Positions 63,301 to 64,000 of a stretch of 64,000 bases of DNA are shown here, in pieces. The position numbers were made by a program, and so were the translations under genes. The notes beneath the pieces are model-generated. The model was not told the DNA's origin and ran no database searches. It saw nothing but the letters and a program-made list of their open reading frames with translations. Each line of letters starts with the position of its first letter. The first letter of the stretch is position 1. Source of the stretch: Gemmatimonas sp. (GTDB taxonomy: Bacteria > Gemmatimonadota > Gemmatimonadetes > Gemmatimonadales > Gemmatimonadaceae); assembly GCA_965279375.1 (NCBI GenBank), contig OZ257156.1:4608001-4672000 (forward strand), given 5' to 3'.

Positions 63301-63523
63301 GGGTGCCACGCGCGACGACGATCTACTGGCCGAGCGCTATGCCGTGCAAGCGACCGTGTATCAGGAGGCGGTGCGATCGATCGCGGGAGTCGCGACGTCG
63401 TTCGCGCTGCTCAGCGCACGCGATGGTCGCGTGGTGGAAGTGGACGCCAGTGACGTTTCACTGGCGTCGCTCATTCGGCGGCTACGTGGGACAGACGTGC
63501 GAGGCGTGCCCGCGCTCGACTAG
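60398..63523 (+). CDS. addA: AddA-like UvrD/SF1 helicase with C-terminal RecB-type nuclease
   Basis: AGAGSGKT, ITFT, VDEFQD, VGDPKQSIYKFR, NFRS, TVHSAKGLE, YVAATRA, GALD..IIDVKTG. Confidence 0.85.
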   Translation: MNSSAVSGSETTRHVGLPPLTLAQREVALATDARLLVGAGAGSGKTSTVVQTLCYLLGGIITDVEGNRYTHPSPLQLSDIAAITFTNEAAADLKRKLRSALIACGLREMATDVDAARIGTIHGFCGDLLREFALRAGLPPALSVLADGETTALAYECASRAVQHAAQTQGVTHFDVLLTNRTIADVTTLVVEVASDSDRLLTWESNAANLRAHERALLHLAQIAREYRQEELQRLGAMDFDRMIVAVRDLLRRDERVRHAVQRQVRLLIVDEFQDVDPAQRDLAFLLSGLEFSDPDPSRLMLVGDPKQSIYKFRRADVSLWNDVARRFSESNAGRQLELSDNFRSRRGILGLVDAVVGARLAVPVNLEVGRQSFEVDYHPLRAMGADAEGDRCVEIIAVRAGNDGKARNVGEVRTEEAAAVAARIAELHASGVGHGEMAMLFSGFGAIDIYRAALRERGIPVYILRSDGFWETREVLDCLLALRAIRDTADDVALIGFLKGPFVGLRDDTLMALRAALHANGLWGALAESAVEPELCDRARQMLQRYTALRDRIPVHALLDRLVTESGFLAYLAHDPDRATQAIANIRKLIRKASAAAEQSLGEFLREVAEARVRQDREGEERLYRERADVVTITTVHSAKGLEWPIVFWCDITRGPRERNEPLQCGRAFFRLKSLTDEVDDDGEPIDTRHAELSRSMREEALSEALRLWYVAATRAKRLLVLSGVPLGDKMKGVDNMAAELRRCFPSLATDDPSPEISYVDAQQAPFTLTVRVAAERGVADDASAGDPLAERTHRVPTIALPPVPVVVARGRSRLSATQLMTAAQDASVWWRRYAFGFAPDEQFADASGVSVIARGVVVHEVLDQLTVRRYAAERYDIEELVEWAIERHDPDAPDASSEAGRSYRAQIRALVETAESSDEWRTLASLPTARSELTFTRILRDGSVIDGALDLVAMRGDVARIIDVKTGATRDDDLLAERYAVQATVYQEAVRSIAGVATSFALLSARDGRVVEVDASDVSLASLIRRLRGTDVRGVPALD

Positions 63524-63530
63524 TCGGAGA

Positions 63531-64000
63531 CTAGCGGAGCGCGGGTTCGCGGAGGCGACTGGCGACGACTTCGGAGATGTCGAGCACCGGCACTTCGCTG
63601 CCGGCGCCAGTGACGCCGTCGGTGATCATCGTCATGCAGAACGGGCACGCGACGGCGATCTGGTCGGCACCCGTGGCCAGCAACTCTTCGCTGCGCTCGA
63701 CGTTCACACGCTTGCCCACGTTTTCTTCCATCCACATGCGTCCGCCGCCCGCACCGCAGCACAGGCCGCGGCTCTTGGTGCGCACCGGCTCCACGAGTTC
63801 GACGATGGGCAGCGCCTTGCGCAGCGTGGTGCGCGGCGCGTCGTAGATCTCGTTGTAGCGACCGAGGTAGCACGAGTCATGGTAGGCGATCTTGAGACGC
63901 TGACCATGCTCCGTGTCGAGCGGTACGCGGCCTTCGTTCAGCAGCTGCTCGATGTACTCGGTGTGGTGAATGACCGTGTAGTGTCCGCCGAGGTCGGGGA
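63531..64000 (-). CDS. CCG-domain (Fe-S)-binding oxidoreductase (FadF-like), 5'-truncated
   Basis: YHDSCYLGRYN, CCGAGGG, ACPFC. The frame stays open to the window edge. Confidence 0.85.
   Translation of the reverse strand, partial: PDLGGHYTVIHHTEYIEQLLNEGRVPLDTEHGQRLKIAYHDSCYLGRYNEIYDAPRTTLRKALPIVELVEPVRTKSRGLCCGAGGGRMWMEENVGKRVNVERSEELLATGADQIAVACPFCMTMITDGVTGAGSEVPVLDISEVVASRLREPALR

Noticed and set aside
57216..63523. Helicase-nuclease pair as a novel anti-phage system
   Set aside because: Order, size and motifs fit ordinary AddAB recombination/repair genes in a housekeeping context.

Overview
GC-rich, densely coding bacterial chromosome segment. Gene content and order suggest a Gemmatimonadota-like organism (inference, not tested). 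About 55 CDS were recognised. Most are housekeeping: prfC, glmS, glmM, purD, mutM plus a UvrC/Cho-like nuclease, late futalosine-pathway menaquinone genes, guaB, gpmI, dacB, moeA, kduI, namZ and addBA. No tRNA, rRNA, CRISPR array or transposase was found. The most interesting parts are: (1) a coupled four-gene module of CotH kinase lipoprotein, VTC polyphosphate-polymerase domain, DUF4956 and DUF2490 barrel, preceded by a Pho-box-like repeat, with a Lys/Ser/acidic tail on the barrel; (2) a four-gene peptidoglycan module of a catalytically dead L,D-transpeptidase paralogue, an active L,D-transpeptidase and two M15A peptidases carrying DxDxDG-type loops; (3) a tricorn-like propeller/C1 scaffold fused to a gamma-glutamyltransferase; (4) two ECF systems (an ECF with a Ser/Thr kinase, and a SigW-like ECF with a ZAS anti-sigma factor), with a shared G(A/G)AACC-N16-CGTAGG motif at two loci; (5) a 5'-truncated coiled-coil protein with a RelE-like tail next to a large nested palindrome. 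All family calls come from motif recognition by eye; no database searches were run.
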